32,789 nucleotides of DNA, taken from NCBI GenBank assembly GCA_964255105.1, contig CAXUWE010000012.1:1-32789 (forward strand), written 5' to 3'. A program made the translations under genes and the position numbers. Below are positions 1 to 13,281 of the stretch, in pieces (position 1 is the stretch's first letter; each line of letters begins with the position of its first letter). The DNA is from Porpidia crustulata (taxonomy: Eukaryota). A model generated the notes under the pieces. The model was not told the DNA's origin and made no database searches. It saw only the letters and a list, made by a program, of their open reading frames with translations.

Positions 1-10
1 GGTGAAGGGA

Positions 11-105
11 GTGATCTTGAGTGGTGGCGGTGCCCTTGAGTGGTGGCGATGATCTTGAGTGGCGACGGTGATCTTGAGTGGCGGCGATCATATTGGGCGA
101 CGACG
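11..105. repeat. 19-bp minisatellite, 4 good copies plus 1 degenerate copy (consensus RTGATCTTGAGTGGYGGCG)
   Basis: The CTTGAGT core recurs at 16, 35, 54 and 73, an exact 19-nt period. Units start at 11, 30, 49 and 68, with a degenerate unit at 87. Confidence 0.9.
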
Positions 106-356
106 ATGAGATTGAGATTTCTATCAAATCAATTAGGTTGTGGGTAATGATGGCAGCGAGGTTTAGAGATGATACCTATATTTAGGCGGTGGCGCCATAT
201 AAAATGATGTACTCCGCCTACTGTGCGCTGGCATGTGCGCGCTCATTTCGTGCGCTCCCCGGACTTCCCGCAATTGCGAAGCTATCCAAGCTGCCAACAT
301 CCTTTCTTCCAACGTGTGCTAAAGCGACTAAGAGCATAGGACTGCTCAATGTAAAT

Positions 357-929
357 ATGAGTCCCTCACAACCATCATTAGATGATTCCCATCAAGTCCT
401 TCTGGATTCACTTGACTTAAACCTGAAATCCCGAACATTCCGCAAATCTTATTGGAAGCCATCGCAGCGACGGAATAAAAATATCAAGCAAATTCTTTCC
501 GAAGCATCCCGTAAAGAGGCTTCTGTGATAGTAACACAGGACAATAGCGGCTCTTCAACTCCCCAAGTTCAAAGCTCTGTGATGGATACTGGTGCTGCCA
601 CACCGGTTCCAACTGGCGGGCCCGTTCCATATACCAATATCTCTCAAGCAGCACAAAATCTATCGACGCTTGTGCTTGAAAAGAATTTGCAAGCATCTGT
701 ACCGTCAGGCCCAATAGCTACATACACTAATATCGAATCCGCGCCATCACTTCATCCGGCGCATCAGAAGCACTATTGTGATATTACTGGTTTGCCAGCT
801 CCCTATACAGACCCAAAGACAAGGCTTAGGTACCATAATAAGGAAGTCTTTGGCGTGGTCCGGACTCTACCACAAGGAGTGGCTGAGAAATACCTTGAAG
901 CTAGGGGAGCGCACGTGGTTCTCAAGTAA
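357..929 (+). CDS. IES6: INO80 chromatin-remodelling complex subunit Ies6 (YL1_C domain), ~190 aa, intronless
   Basis: N-terminal FRKSYWKPSQRRNKNIKQIL and C-terminal TYTNIESAPSL...YCDITGLPAPYTDPKTRLRYHNKEVF...YLEARGAHVVLK are typical of Ies6/YL1_C. ATG 357 is preferred over the GTG start of the ORF track. Confidence 0.93.
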   Translation: MSPSQPSLDDSHQVLLDSLDLNLKSRTFRKSYWKPSQRRNKNIKQILSEASRKEASVIVTQDNSGSSTPQVQSSVMDTGAATPVPTGGPVPYTNISQAAQNLSTLVLEKNLQASVPSGPIATYTNIESAPSLHPAHQKHYCDITGLPAPYTDPKTRLRYHNKEVFGVVRTLPQGVAEKYLEARGAHVVLK

Positions 930-1633
930 ACTCACTGACTGGGTATATTTGCTGGGTTCAATTTGCTACCTCGAAAGCTTTCCTTATCACGGATGGAACA
1001 ATCATCAAATGAGGAGATCCACTTCGGAAGGAGTCATGTGCGGCCATCAAAGTCAAGCCCCTTCCACCCGCCTTGTCCTTTCGGTACCCGGTTCAAGAAG
1101 GCACTCCGGCTTAAACGTGACATTGGTTACTCTTCGCCTGATGATGATCTACCGATGAGCCCATGGAGTAAGGTGGAGCATCAGTTACAACGTCTATAGA
1201 TCGCTGTTGTCATGGCGCTCCGTCGCGAATCCGAAACTTGTATCATCTTGCGCTTTCTCTTTAAATGATATGAAGGATTGTGTCCCTTTAGAGAAAACAA
1301 TTCTTGACTGGAGAAGGATGACATGATTGGCTTGTACCCCGAATACTCCGTAGTGGAAATGATTCTGTCCCAACAAGTTTCGTCGAATTTCACGCACGGA
1401 AAGAGTGTGATTCTCTCTAAATGTTTGATGATCTCTACGTTCAAGAAGCCAAAGAAGATTGGGTTTAATTACCAAGCTATGATAGTGTCGAAGTATCAAT
1501 CATTCGTAATTGAGTAGGTAGGTGGCAGGTGGTAGTTTGATGTGCCGAACCTTGACATCTACCAATTTCCAGCGAGCATTAAGTCTTCTCTGAAGCCTTG
1601 TTACAGAGAGCTTTGGGACCCGCAAAACCCACA

Positions 1634-2282
1634 ATGTCTAGCATGTGGCTTTCAGATACGCAAAGTAAGCCCTGTATACAAGATTGCTGATTGTAAACGG
1701 TTACTAATTTTCTTTGATGCGGTCAGAAGTGGGCGTGGCTTTCTGCTCAGGTGGTGGGTATGCTATACATTCACACCGGTGTCCTGCGCATCGATTAACA
1801 CTCACCTAGGGGGTTTTTTCCTCTGCGGAGGAGTCATAATGTTCTTTGATAGAGCTATGTATATCGATAAAACGCTACGAATTACACACGCACATGCTAA
1901 ATTTTATTAGGCTGGCCATGGGTAATGTATGAGGGCTCATGGAGACTCCCACATGGTCGTACCCTGACGCGTTACGACTATATAGATCTTGTTCCTTCTC
2001 GGACTTACTCTCATCATTGGCCCCCAGAAAACCGCGCTGTTTTTTGCAAGACGTCAAAAGCTAAAGGGAACTGCCGCATTTGTTGTCGGAATATTACTCA
2101 TATGCGTACGCTGGCCTTTAGTAGGCTTCCTGGTCGAGCTCTATGGAATTTTTGTGCTGTTCGGCGACTTCCTCTCAACCATCGGTGGCTTCGTCGGAAA
2201 GGTACCTGTTATTGGTCCTTACGTACAGCAAGCACTGGACACGGTGGCAGGGGGGCGGAGGAACGCAGAGCTACCGGTTTGA
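1634..2282 (+). CDS. GOT1: Got1/Sft2-family Golgi transport membrane protein, ~139 aa; exons 1634-1664, 1727-1753, 1810-1858, 1911-1926, 1986-2282
   Basis: The spliced translation [57 protein letters not shown]...RWPLVGFLVELYGIFVLFGDF matches the Got1 family. All four introns are GT..AG and the exon sum (420 nt) is in frame. Confidence 0.92.
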
Positions 2283-2553
2283 AATACGCAGCGAGGAGCA
2301 TGATGGCTATCGCCACTTGGGCTGACCCCACCCACGATCTAGGTGACAAAGCTTCAGTGCGTCACCAGCCAACATTGAAAAGCATCAAGATATAGCGGGG
2401 TGTAGCATATAAGAAGCGGATAGCACCAGAAGCTAGAGAATAAGGTCGGCGTGGTATCGGACTTTCACCATCTATCTGCTAGACCATCCTCAAAGAAGAA
2501 GGCATGTAGAATACTGCACCATAATTGTTTTAAGGACTAAATCATGCGGTTTC

Positions 2554-3232
2554 TCAATAACCCACACCGATCAGATAGTCCCCAAGTTGTTCGACAGTGT
2601 TGGCCGCAGCGCCCGATTGTACTGTTTCTGGATGATGAGCGACGAGAATTGCCAAAGTCGTCTTGACAATGACAATGCCTTCCTTGCCCTAAGCATTACA
2701 TGGATCAATATTTTTCATTTCCACATGGGTTTACGCTAATAGAATGAAGTACCTTTTTGCCATACAGACTCCTCCCATCAGCTTTTATGCAAACGTAACG
2801 TTCACCTGCAATATGAAATCCGCTTGCCTGAACCTTCTTTACATCTCCTGTGTCCGCATAGGCAGCAATGACATCCTTGATCTCGTGAGGAGCAACCTGC
2901 ATATGCTTTCAGTGGACTTTGCCGGAAAATGCATGTCTCTCCAAAATCCTCAGAGAACCGTATTTCCATATTATCTTTTACGCCTCATCGGGCATAGACG
3001 ATGAGAAGGCTTACGGTGAAACCAGCAGTATTAGCCCACGCACTTGTGCCTTCGACATTGAAGATGGCAGCTTTATCGATATTGCCACTCCCCACCAAAC
3101 TATACTCTATGTTCAGCTTTCTCTCACTCGCTTTGTAAAAATTTGAAGGGTACCTAGTATCAACATATGCTATGTATTCCCGTCAGCACAGACACAAGCG
3201 TAGGTCAAAAGTCGCTGACCTTGCCACGACAT
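2554..3232 (-). CDS. PFY1: Profilin, ~130 aa; exons 3232-3220, 3169-3154, 3099-3015, 2896-2753, 2688-2554
   Basis: Spliced translation MSWQAYVDTSLVGSGNIDKAAIF...GFHIAGERYVCIKADGRSLYGKKGKEGIVIVKT...VEQLGDYLIGVGY*, with canonical profilin N- and C-termini. Exon sum is 393 nt. Confidence 0.96.
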
Positions 3233-4650
3233 GGTAAAATTGGGGTTAGAGGAATGGATCGAAAAGATTCGTAGACAGGCGCACTGGGGGCTTGAAATAG
3301 GTACACGTCTAAATGATGTGGTGGACTTCGAGTGGGAGTTATGTTCTTTGTTCTACGGAGATAACATCGAAAGTTTGGCGTTATGACGAAGGCAGCTTGT
3401 TCCTCCACACCCCAAACCCTGACCGAGGTAGATGCTTACCTAGCGTGGCTAGGTAGGTGCTACTCTAGGTGACTATCTAGGTACCTTGATACCCAAGATA
3501 CCCTCCACGAGCATCATCGTTAAGCATTTCTTACCAATTAAGTGCCCCAATACAACAATTCAATAGAGCAACTGCAGGAGCATCATCGCGACTGCGGCTC
3601 TAGAATGTCTTGTGTGTTGAACTTGGAGATTTTACCAAAAATCTGTACTTTTCTGCATCAACATACGCAATCAAACGAGCCTGGCCCACAGACCCGACTA
3701 GGGGAATAACCAGGTACTTTACTGTGCCAATTACTCCAGAAAATATTGCATCTTTCTTCAACCTCCATACATCCACTGTGTCTCCCATTATCCGCTGACG
3801 GAAGGCGGTCAGGACTTGTCCCTGTCATCTTGTGTGCCTGTCTCCCTGTGCAATTTCCCGTTGCAGTCTCATATCTTTTCAGGGGAAAGAGCCTAGCAAT
3901 TGTCGTTTCATCGTCATACACTCATCACTCACACAGGCGAAGATGTGGCCATAGTCCACCATTACAATTATTCCTTTACTCGTGGTGACGTTGATTTTTT
4001 TCCCCTTGGTCCCCTCAGTCTCACATATTCCGTCCCGCCATGTTTGAACTAGTATTGCCGTAGTTACACATGCCAATCGTATCGGAGCATATTCACAACA
4101 TTGATCTTACCGATCAAATTACTTGCAATTTCTCCGCTTCTTCCTTGACCATCATCGCAAATCCGCAAGAGCCGGGTCTTTGTCTTTTTCCCATCAATCA
4201 CCGCTCTCTATGGAGTAGACCGTCACTTTCTGCGATCAATCTTTGATCCTCTCATCGCTGCCTGTTCGCTCCTACTACTGATACATCCATCTTCATTGCT
4301 ACGAGTTAATTTTTATCGTCAATGCTCGACTATTGATGTCCGGCCTTCGAATCCCAGGTGAGGCCGATCGAGGATTTTATAAGGTCTTTGAAGAAAGTCA
4401 TCGAGGGGCTTTCGAGACCGGATTGGATGACTCTGCAATGCGTATTGATAGAAGGTAACTTTACCTAATGACAGCACTCGAAGTCTTCGGTTCTACATAA
4501 GTCTCCCCAATTGGATGCCCCAGATACACAAGGCTAGATAAACACTCTGCCTACCAAGCTTTGGTGATTGGAGAATACTGCTCGTGCCTTTCCTATACAA
4601 CAGCGTAGCGGCGGTCCAATCCTCCTATTCTTCAGCGGAAGCACTCAGCA

Positions 4651-6412
4651 ATGCCAAACTTTGTGACCCGTGCTCAGTCGGCTTCAGATCTACGGGAGTC
4701 TGAACAGAGCACGGAGGATATTATAGATAAGCGCTTCAGTCACGATGGATTTCCCGGAGAGACATACATCGGCATTGCCCTAGGCAGTCCACGCGATAGT
4801 CTATTGCCGCTCTTGCCTCCAGCAGAGTCGGAGCGATATGTTGCCCAACAGCAAAAGACCAGCAGGTGGAAGTCTTTCGGTTCTCTCTTCGGGAAGAGGG
4901 GGCTAAGAAGATCGGCTTCCACTTCGCGCGGCTCCTATTCGCAACATGAGGCTTTCAGAGAAACAACGCCAAGCTCGACTTTTCATCCGCGAAAGAATGA
5001 ACCCGGCAGCATCAACAATAACCATACATCCTGTGCCGAGCCTCCGCAAGGATATTTGGGAGAGACGCGGTCGTTTACACCGCATAGTGCGACTACCGCA
5101 GGTAATGAGAGCTTGCGAAGCAAGCTAAGTTTCAAAAGAAGCAACTCCCAAAGAAAGCTTATCCAGGACAGACGGCAGCCCAATCGTGAACGTGCACACA
5201 CTATGCCACTGCCACAGGGCCTTGTCGATGGCCCAAAGTTACGGATCAACGGAGATTCGTTGTTACAGGTTGAGATTCCTCACGTGGAAATGGAGCGGTA
5301 TAGTGTAATGTTCGGCAATCTCCTGCGACCTCCCGCTGCATCTTCTTTATTGGTTCGAAGAGAGGCGCATCTGGAAGAGCTATTTGTTGATACCGCAATC
5401 CAAGATGTAGAACCTACGGTAAGCATTCCGATTTTTTCGGATTTTAGCTGTCATACCCCTCTCTTTGCTGTACGAATTTTCACCATGACGCTTTATGCAC
5501 CAAGGTGTTTCTGATTGAGACCTTGCTACACCCTTGATGGCAGTTTCATCTAGTGATTCCAAATGATATCTAAGTCACCTACTACTTCTAATGGCTTGTC
5601 GAGACTCTATTTACACCTTGGTTTTATGTGCGACTCGAGCAAAGCTGATTAAGCCTTCACTCGTCAAACAGCGTCACGAAGATTTCGAGCGCCCAAACTT
5701 TGAAAGAAGGACCCCTTCAACCTCCTCGACCAAGTCCTCAACATTTCCCCTATTTCCCGGCAGGCAAGATAACCCAAATCGCAGTCCAGCAAGGAAGGCC
5801 ACTCTTGACCGCAGTCCACTTTCACGCTTCGCAGCTGCACCAGGTGCGTTTACCCAACGACAGCCCAAGAGAGAGCTCTCTGTCGCGCAGGAGCAACCCC
5901 ACGTTATCATGATTGTCCATAGTCCTGCTCGTGCGTCGTCGAAGACGCCCTTCAACGTCTCCCTTCGCAGGGATTCATCTTCTGATACTGCCCATTGTCC
6001 TCAGTCATCAAGAGACGCTAATTTTATGGAAGCTCCTGAGTCGCCAATCGAAGCTTCTCGGCCTCCATTGAGAAAGGAAGACTTACCTATGAGGAATTCA
6101 AGCATGAGGGCTCCACAGAAGCCTCGGGAGGTCGCATATACGACATCATTTGGCTTAGCGCCAGTCAACACAAATGAAACCACATCCATGGAGCCACATG
6201 TCCCAGAACAAAGGCTGAGAGATACCGCTGAAATCTCCATTGCACGGCAAATATCAGTCTCAAAGCGACAGCGGCACTTGTTGGTACCTGTCGTGCCTAA
6301 GACGGTAAGGCAGCCGATGCAGCCTACGGTGGTTGACGTGAGAGAGCCTTCACCGTGTAGGAAGTCGCACCATTTAGTGTTGGAAAGTCCTGAGGAGCCA
6401 AGGCAGCGGTAA
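4651..6412 (+). CDS. Uncharacterised S/P/R-rich, probably disordered fungal protein; exons ~4651-5418 and 5672-6412; true start probably further upstream (~4330-4610, unresolved)
   Basis: Two long ORFs are joined in phase 0 by an intron at 5419-5671 (GTAAGC...GCTGAT...ACAG). Conserved-looking islands include YIGIALGSP, SRWKSFGSLF, LLQVEIPHVEMERYSVMF and AEISIARQISVS. Confidence 0.65.
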
Positions 6413-7013
6413 CTAATTGCCCTTGGCTGAATCAGGCTGAAGAAACAAAAGGAAGGGCTCTATAGTTGTCTTACCTTACATGAGAATCGTAGAAATATCT
6501 TGGCCTGCATGGAAAACTTTGGGTATCTCGAGGGTTTCTTTGCGAACCTGGGACCTGGTCCACCCTTCCCAGCCGTAGAATGAAGACTTCAAGACCGGTA
6601 TTATGGACCTCGTGTACTCCACCCCAGGCAGCAGATACACTAAGCTCTCCGGATCCTACGGGCGGTATTTTGCCAAGAACGTTGGTACATTAGTCACGTT
6701 CACTATGTATATTCATCCCCTTTGAGCAGCCTAAATAACATGACAGCTCTTGAACTCAGCGTCCGAAGCCGAAAATTTTACAAATAGCAAACGAGCTTAG
6801 TGGTGCGTCATAAAGACAGCTTCCAATATGAACCGCGTACCATGTGCCATGCTTCTTTCCCACAAGTTTCCCTTCGACAACTTGCATGCTCAGTGTTGGT
6901 TTATACTATGATCAATAATTTACAATACCTCCAACCATAACGCCATCAATTATGCTATTCCCCTGACGACACTGCTCGTACTCGTCACCTTCGTGCATAT
7001 AATTGGAAAATGC

Positions 7014-10000
7014 TCATCCCTTCTTAGATCCATTATCCTTGACCACCGGCACCCCTGGCAATTCGACTCCCTCAACCATCCATACCATCCCCAAATATGC
7101 GTCACTAACTACCAGTATATTTGCCTTCCTCGCCGTCTTTTCTGGCAAAATTTTCACTGTCGTCTTTGAACTTACCTTCCCGTGTCTTGCATTATTATCC
7201 CTCTGAGGCCAACTGACCCGCTTCAGCGCCAGAATCTCATCAACAGCCACGGCTGCGACAATGAGGAAGTAGCCTTCAGATTGCGGCTTTGGAAACCTAG
7301 GGGCGTATATGCGATAGTCGGGTTGAGTGGACGGGTTGAGGCGCGAAATGGTGACGGTTAAGCCGAGAGCATTGACTTCTGTGACGTGGAGTTCGACGTT
7401 GGGTAGTATGTCAGCAGCTTTGTGAGCCTGATCAAGAAGCTTTTGGGGAACGGAGACGGCGTTGAAAAGAGCACTTAGGGCAGCTTTGGAGAGGCACGGG
7501 AGCTCGGCCATAGAGTGTGGACGTGACTTCTCGATCTCAATACGATGGCGTTCTTTTTCAAGATTCACGCCTGGAAGGATAGAGAGCGGTCCATCGCCAG
7601 GCCAGCGAGCGGATTTGATGCATTGGAGGAGTGTCATCATCATGGTGCAGCTTGATAAATAGCCTAATTCCGTCAATACGTCGATGGATGCTTGAATGAT
7701 ACGGATACTCTGATCAAGTACTGAATTCTGATCCCCCACATAATCCGAGATAGGCAGATCAATGCGCGACATGTACGCTTGAAGAAGCAAGAAAGCCTTG
7801 ACGTGAGGATCCCACATGGGGAGGCCAAGTGTATCGGCAGAAAGGGGAAGATTCTGAGAGAGCTCAGCGTTGATAAGATCTTCATTATGGCGGACAGGTA
7901 ATTCGTCAAATTCAGTGGCGGAGCACATCCAGGATAGGGCGTCTTGAAAAGTTGCGTTGCGCTTTGCATGCTTGATCAAGTGACGGATAGTTTTGTGAGA
8001 TAAATAGTAGTAGGACATGACCTTGCCAAGTGGCGTGGAGTCAACCTCGCCATTCGAGTGGAGCTCGATACAGTGAGACTCCGCAAGCTGGCCAAGAGCA
8101 TTGTCTACCATTTCGATCATATATTCGTTGGCAAGTTGTTGCGCGGCCAGCGTATTGTGTTCTTCAGCCAATATTTCAAGACCATAGTAGGATGGATTCT
8201 TGTGCAATCGTCGGAAAAAGAACGTCCATGTCAAGTAGTCTAGAGCATCTTGTTTGGTACCGATGGTTCCTGCGGAAACCTCAGCGCCAAGATGATTATC
8301 CAGTACGTTATGTAGAGAGGACTCGACCGGGAAGCCGGTATGTAGGAAGTGCTTGTAAAAGGCTTTCTTGGCATCCTGCGTGAAGATGCGGGCAATTCCG
8401 GAAGTATCGAATTGAGGACGTCCAGCTCTACCGAGCATTTGCAGTACGTCTGTTAGGTCCATGTCCTTATAACCTTCAATCTTGGCATCGAAATACTGAG
8501 TGCCTTTGACTATCACTAGATGTGCGGGTAAATTGACCCCCCACGCAAGCGTACTTGTAGCAACAAGAACTTGGATCTGATTATTCGCAAACAATTCTTC
8601 TGCTAGCTGTCTGTCGGCCTCTACCAGGCCAGCGTGATGCAGTCCGATGCCGAAGCTCAATGCCTCCCGTAGGGCCTCGTCCTTGACTCGGGAAAGGTGG
8701 AGCTGAAGCTCATCTTCTGACATTCGTACAAAATGACGAGGGTTATCTTCCATTCCGCAAAAGTTGATCAGGTCTTTTGCCGTCAGGCGGGTCTGTCTAC
8801 GTGAAGCGACGAAAACAATCACAGGCTTGTCTGGCGAATGTGTTTGGATTGCCCGGAAGGCTGGACGATTCATTGATTGCATGAGCGGGCAGAACCCTCG
8901 CTGCTCTGGGAAGCCGTCGATAAAAATTTCCAGAGGGACCGGACGGACAGAATGGCGGAAGTTGAAAAGACCTTCCTTCACTCCGAGCCAATTACCAAGG
9001 TCCATTGCATTAGCACATGCAGTAGACATTCCGACCAATCGCACAGACCCCTTCGACTCAGAAGCAATGTAGTTCATCCTGGATACAATGATCTCTAAGA
9101 TAGGCCCGCGGTCACCTCCAAGAAGATGGATCTCGTCAATGATTACTAAACTGACTTGACGCACATAGCCCCGTGTCTGCCAGCTACGACTGATACCGTC
9201 CCACTTCTCGGGCGTAGTGATAATGATATCAGCATTCCTAATCGTGCGAGTATCTGGAGTGTTGTCGCCCGTTAGCTCTACCAATTTGAGCCTCATTTGC
9301 TGAGTGAGGCGTTTTCGCCAATCCTGAACTCGCTCCCGCACAAGAGCTTTCATTGGAGCGATATAAACAACCTTTGAGCCAGGCTTTTCACGGAAAGCCC
9401 ACCACATTGCTAGCTCAGCTGCTACCGTCTTACCGCTACCTGTCGGCGAACCCAGCAACACATTAGCTGAGGTGTGATAAAGAGTGTGGAAGATCTGAGT
9501 CTGCATCGGGTTGAAGAATCGAAATCGTTTCCCATAAAGTTCCTCAAGCAAGGGGTTCTTTAAGGCAGTTATCGGGAGTGGCTGAAGGTCAAGTAGATCC
9601 GTGTAGACACTCTCGGTATCTGGTCTAATCAAGTGCTGGAACGAGACCGGTGTCACTGTCTCAGCGCCTAACCATCTGTCTGAGATTGCTCTGACATAGA
9701 TCTGTGTTGGAAGAGGGTCAGATAATGGAATCGTAAAGTTCAATTCGTGATCATCGTAGAGCTTTCTTCGCGAGAGAATAAAATACTCATGATGGTAGAT
9801 CTCTGAGGTCTCGGAATTTTCAACCCAGATCCAATACGACTCCGAGGTTCCGTTGTGCCTATCGTTCCAGCGGAAGTCAGCAGTGAGATAAAGATGAACT
9901 CGTAGGACGTCACGATTCAGCGGAGCAATTTCGACTTCCACACTCAGTGTTGGAAAATTATCGAGCAGCTTCGAGATCGTGTGTCCCATACCGTTGTTAT

Positions 10001-12992
10001 GGACTAGCTGACCGATCTCTGCTGGCTCCATATCTCGGAGTGATTCGATAGAAGAAACAGCTGCTTTGTCGTCAAGATTCCTTAGAATAGGCTGTGGAAG
10101 CTCGAACTGGTGAAAAGGATGTTGGAATGGCCATACCTGCTTCTCGATCGACTTGCAAAGAGAAAGCAATACTAAGCACTGATGTCCCCATCTTCGATTC
10201 AAAGCTATCATGAAAAGTGCTCGACAAATCCTTGCTGCATTTTGCGCAACATACGCAGAATCAGATACTAACGCGAAGTCTTCTAGGCGTGCTCGAGAAA
10301 TGTAGGACTGCAGAAGTATGTTTGTCTTGGCATGGGCGACATCGTTACCCCCTTCGACTTCGCACCGCACGGAGTCCTCGCGAAGCTTCGAGAGCTCCTT
10401 GGATTCATTATCGCGAGACTGGATATTGTCGAACTCTCCACTCATACTGATCATTTTCAGCACATCAGCTTCGGTGGCCATTGGACGCATCATCATATTG
10501 AAAATTTCGATACTATTTTGCAATACGTAATATTGACTTGCAATTCGGCCAATATCCTTCGCTTTCAATTCTCCGGTGCTTTCAATGAAGATGATCATCT
10601 GGCTCCTCTGCAGGACCCGGGCAGCGTCAACAACTAGCTTCGTTCTTCTTTGCCCCAAGTGAGGATCGTCGCGGATCTCCGCCCAATCGATACCGTAAGT
10701 AAGTGGATTCCGCTGCATACGCACGAACAGGTAAGAATAGCCAAGCCATCGTACAGCATCATCAATCGAGGTGACAGTGCCCAGAGCAATCTCTGCATTC
10801 AGATTATCCACCAGCTTTCTCGAAAACTTTGATTCAATAGGCTGCTGTTGAGTTACGGCAGACAGATAGTGATCAAGCTTATCATGTGTGGTACAGATGA
10901 ACCCAATACCGGTAGCTTGAAACTGTGGTCGACCTGCCCGTCCAAATATCTGTAGGACATCTAAAATGCCAAGATCCACAAATTTACCTTCCTGAGAGCT
11001 GTAAAGCTGTGTCCCTTTAATCACGACGGCTGCGGCCGGGAGATTAACACCCCAAGCAAGTGTTGCTGTACAGCACAGAACGTTGATGTGACCCTCAGCA
11101 AAAAGTGCCTCAACCCTGTTGCGATCTGATCTTTGCATTCCGGCATGATGAGTCCCGAACCCTTTTGGCACCAGCTCTCTTAGTTCCTTTCCCCTCGTGT
11201 TTTTTAGGTCTCGGATTGCATTCCCATACCCCTCTATTTGCTGGCAATCAAAAAGGTCAGAGCAGCCTTGCTCGGTGGCCATTTGGATGAAGGTACGCGC
11301 CGTATTGACAGTGTCCTTTCGAGAATGAACAAATACCATAACTTGATGCCCTTGCTCTAGCATTTCTTTCACTTTCAAAAATGAAACCTGGTCAATGTTA
11401 TCACGGGATGCCTTGGTTCCCGCTTTGCCTTTTACGCCAATGAAATGCTGCTCGAGAGGGACAGGGCGAAAGGATGCGTCAAAGTAGAAAAGCCCCGCCA
11501 TGCGATTTACTTTGAGAAAATCGGCGACGTCAACGTAATTGGGCAAAGTGGCGGAAAGTCCAATAATCCTGATCAGGGATTGGCTGCTCTCAACTTGCCT
11601 CTGTGTTCGAGCGACAAGAGACTCAATAACGGCACCACGCTCATCATGTAACATGTGAACTTCGTCAATGATGAGCAAGCGGACCTTTTGCACAAGTTCA
11701 GTGTCTCCAGTGCTCTTGCGAGTGACAACATCCCATTTCTCTGGGGTCGTCACAATGATCTGAGTTTGAATAATTTCCTTTTTTGTTAGATGCATATCAC
11801 CAGTGAACTCGCGGACCTGTATCCCTAGCCATGCAAGCCGTTTCCCAAGCTTCGCGGTGATCTCTGCCGCAAGGGCTTTCATTGGCGCGACATAGATTAT
11901 CTTGAAGTCCTCCGAATTAATAGTAAAGTCATTGGCAATGGGGTTTTCCGATGGATTTGGCGTAAGATTTTGGCCAATTGCATGTATTATGGCCAGCATG
12001 GCGGCGTCGGTTTTACCAGCACCAGTAGGAGCACATATCAACATGTTCTCATTTGTCTTGTACGCGACTGGATATACAAGGCTTTGCATCCGGTTCAACG
12101 ACTTGTAACCTTTGAACGTTCTCTTACAGATTTCGTCCATCTCAGAGAGCTCGACGAGCTTTCTCTCTAGATCCAGCGTACCAACTTTTGCGGCTGGGAT
12201 GGAATATTCTTGGTATTTCTCATGTTCAAATCTCTGGCTACCTAGTGGCAAACCATACTTTCTACCCTTTACATCAAGAGTATTGCCATTAGCGTTAGCT
12301 TTATATACATGCGGATACTGAGAATCGTCGCGATTGAGTGTAGGTCCTAGAGCTGCAGTCTTATGCTCGAGGTCTTGATGCCGGAGAGCTAACTTGCGCT
12401 CCTGCTTTGTCTGTAGTCGATCTAGAACGTTGATGCTAGATAGCTCATCATGTGCTTCCAACGCGAGGATTTCATTTCGATTCTCGATCAATTCTATGAC
12501 CAGATCTAAATCATCGTACCCTATGATATTCGCAAGAGACATCTGTAATTCATCTTCTGGCGAAACGGTTAGTCCTTACCCATACTATGAATCTTCGAGA
12601 GTACCTTGAATATCCGATACTAGTAGAGCCAATAGTTGTTCATGTAATTCCCTCGCGTCAAGCCCCGACTTTTGACTTGTGAAAGCGACACATTTGCTTT
12701 GGAGCCAACCCTCATCGTGCTTACCACCAGCAGTTTTTTCTTCAGGCATAGGACTATCCTCTGGAGTCGCTGAGTCACTGCTGCATGCGAGCTCTCCTTC
12801 GTCACTGAACACGGCCCAGATATCATCCTTGTCACTATCACCAGTGAGATCATCGTCCTCGACCAACAGGTCATGGCCATATTCCTGTACCGCACCATTG
12901 GGCTGATTTAGATTGAGGTTCGCGATTGCTTCCCGCATTGATGCCAGCTGAGCTAGCCATGTGGCCTCAAAGGTATCTATTGTTGAAGACAT
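7014..12992 (-). CDS. SLH1: Ski2-like tandem-cassette helicase Slh1/Rqt2 (ASCC3/Mug81 ortholog; ribosome quality-control trigger), ~1976 aa; exons 12992-12605, 12556-7014
   Basis: Two DExH helicase cassettes (APTGAGKT/DEVH/GRAGRPQF and SPTGSGKT/DEIH/GRAGRPQFD), each followed by a Sec63-like region. The N-terminus has the YPHVY motif and lacks the Brr2-type N-terminus. A 48-nt intron at 12557-12604 (GTAC..CTAAC..CAG) fuses the 159-aa and 1842-aa ORFs. Confidence 0.93.
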
Positions 12993-13281
12993 ATTAAGTC
13001 TCAGCACATACGCGCACTGGAAACAGAAATACCACAGTACAGCGATGGCTGTTGCAAGATTCAAGTTACATGCTTGTAGGTTTTTAACATTGAATTAATG
13101 AGTCGAGCGAGTCGACTGATCTATGTTACAATCAATGGCGAACAACAACTTACGTGCCACCTACTACCCACCCACCTAACCCGTGCGGTGACTTTTCGGA
13201 GTCAGTACAAATGTCCATACACCAATAGCGTGATGTCCAAACGCCCCTCCCGCAACCTTAATGCATGACTGTATGAATACC

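Noticed and set aside
11..105. Regularly spaced repeats as a CRISPR array
   Set aside because: The units are directly tandem with no unique spacers, the context is eukaryotic, and there are no cas genes.
189..356. N-terminal extension of the IES6 ORF from GTG 189 or ATG ~204
   Set aside because: It does not resemble Ies6 and reads like promoter/5' UTR. ATG 357 gives a protein of normal length.
3560..4330. Several 60-87 aa ORFs upstream of the unknown gene
   Set aside because: They overlap on both strands, are pyrimidine-rich and UTR-like, and show no domain signal. More likely a long 5' UTR or promoter.
7462..12906. Numerous + strand ORFs inside SLH1, and antisense ORFs within CYB2, IST2 and BUD13
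   Set aside because: Shadow ORFs antisense to well-supported genes.
7014..12992. Calling the helicase BRR2
   Set aside because: It has the same two-cassette architecture, but the N-terminus (YPHVY motif, no Brr2-type N-terminal region) and second-cassette motifs such as GFCPLMQSMNRP fit Slh1/ASCC3.
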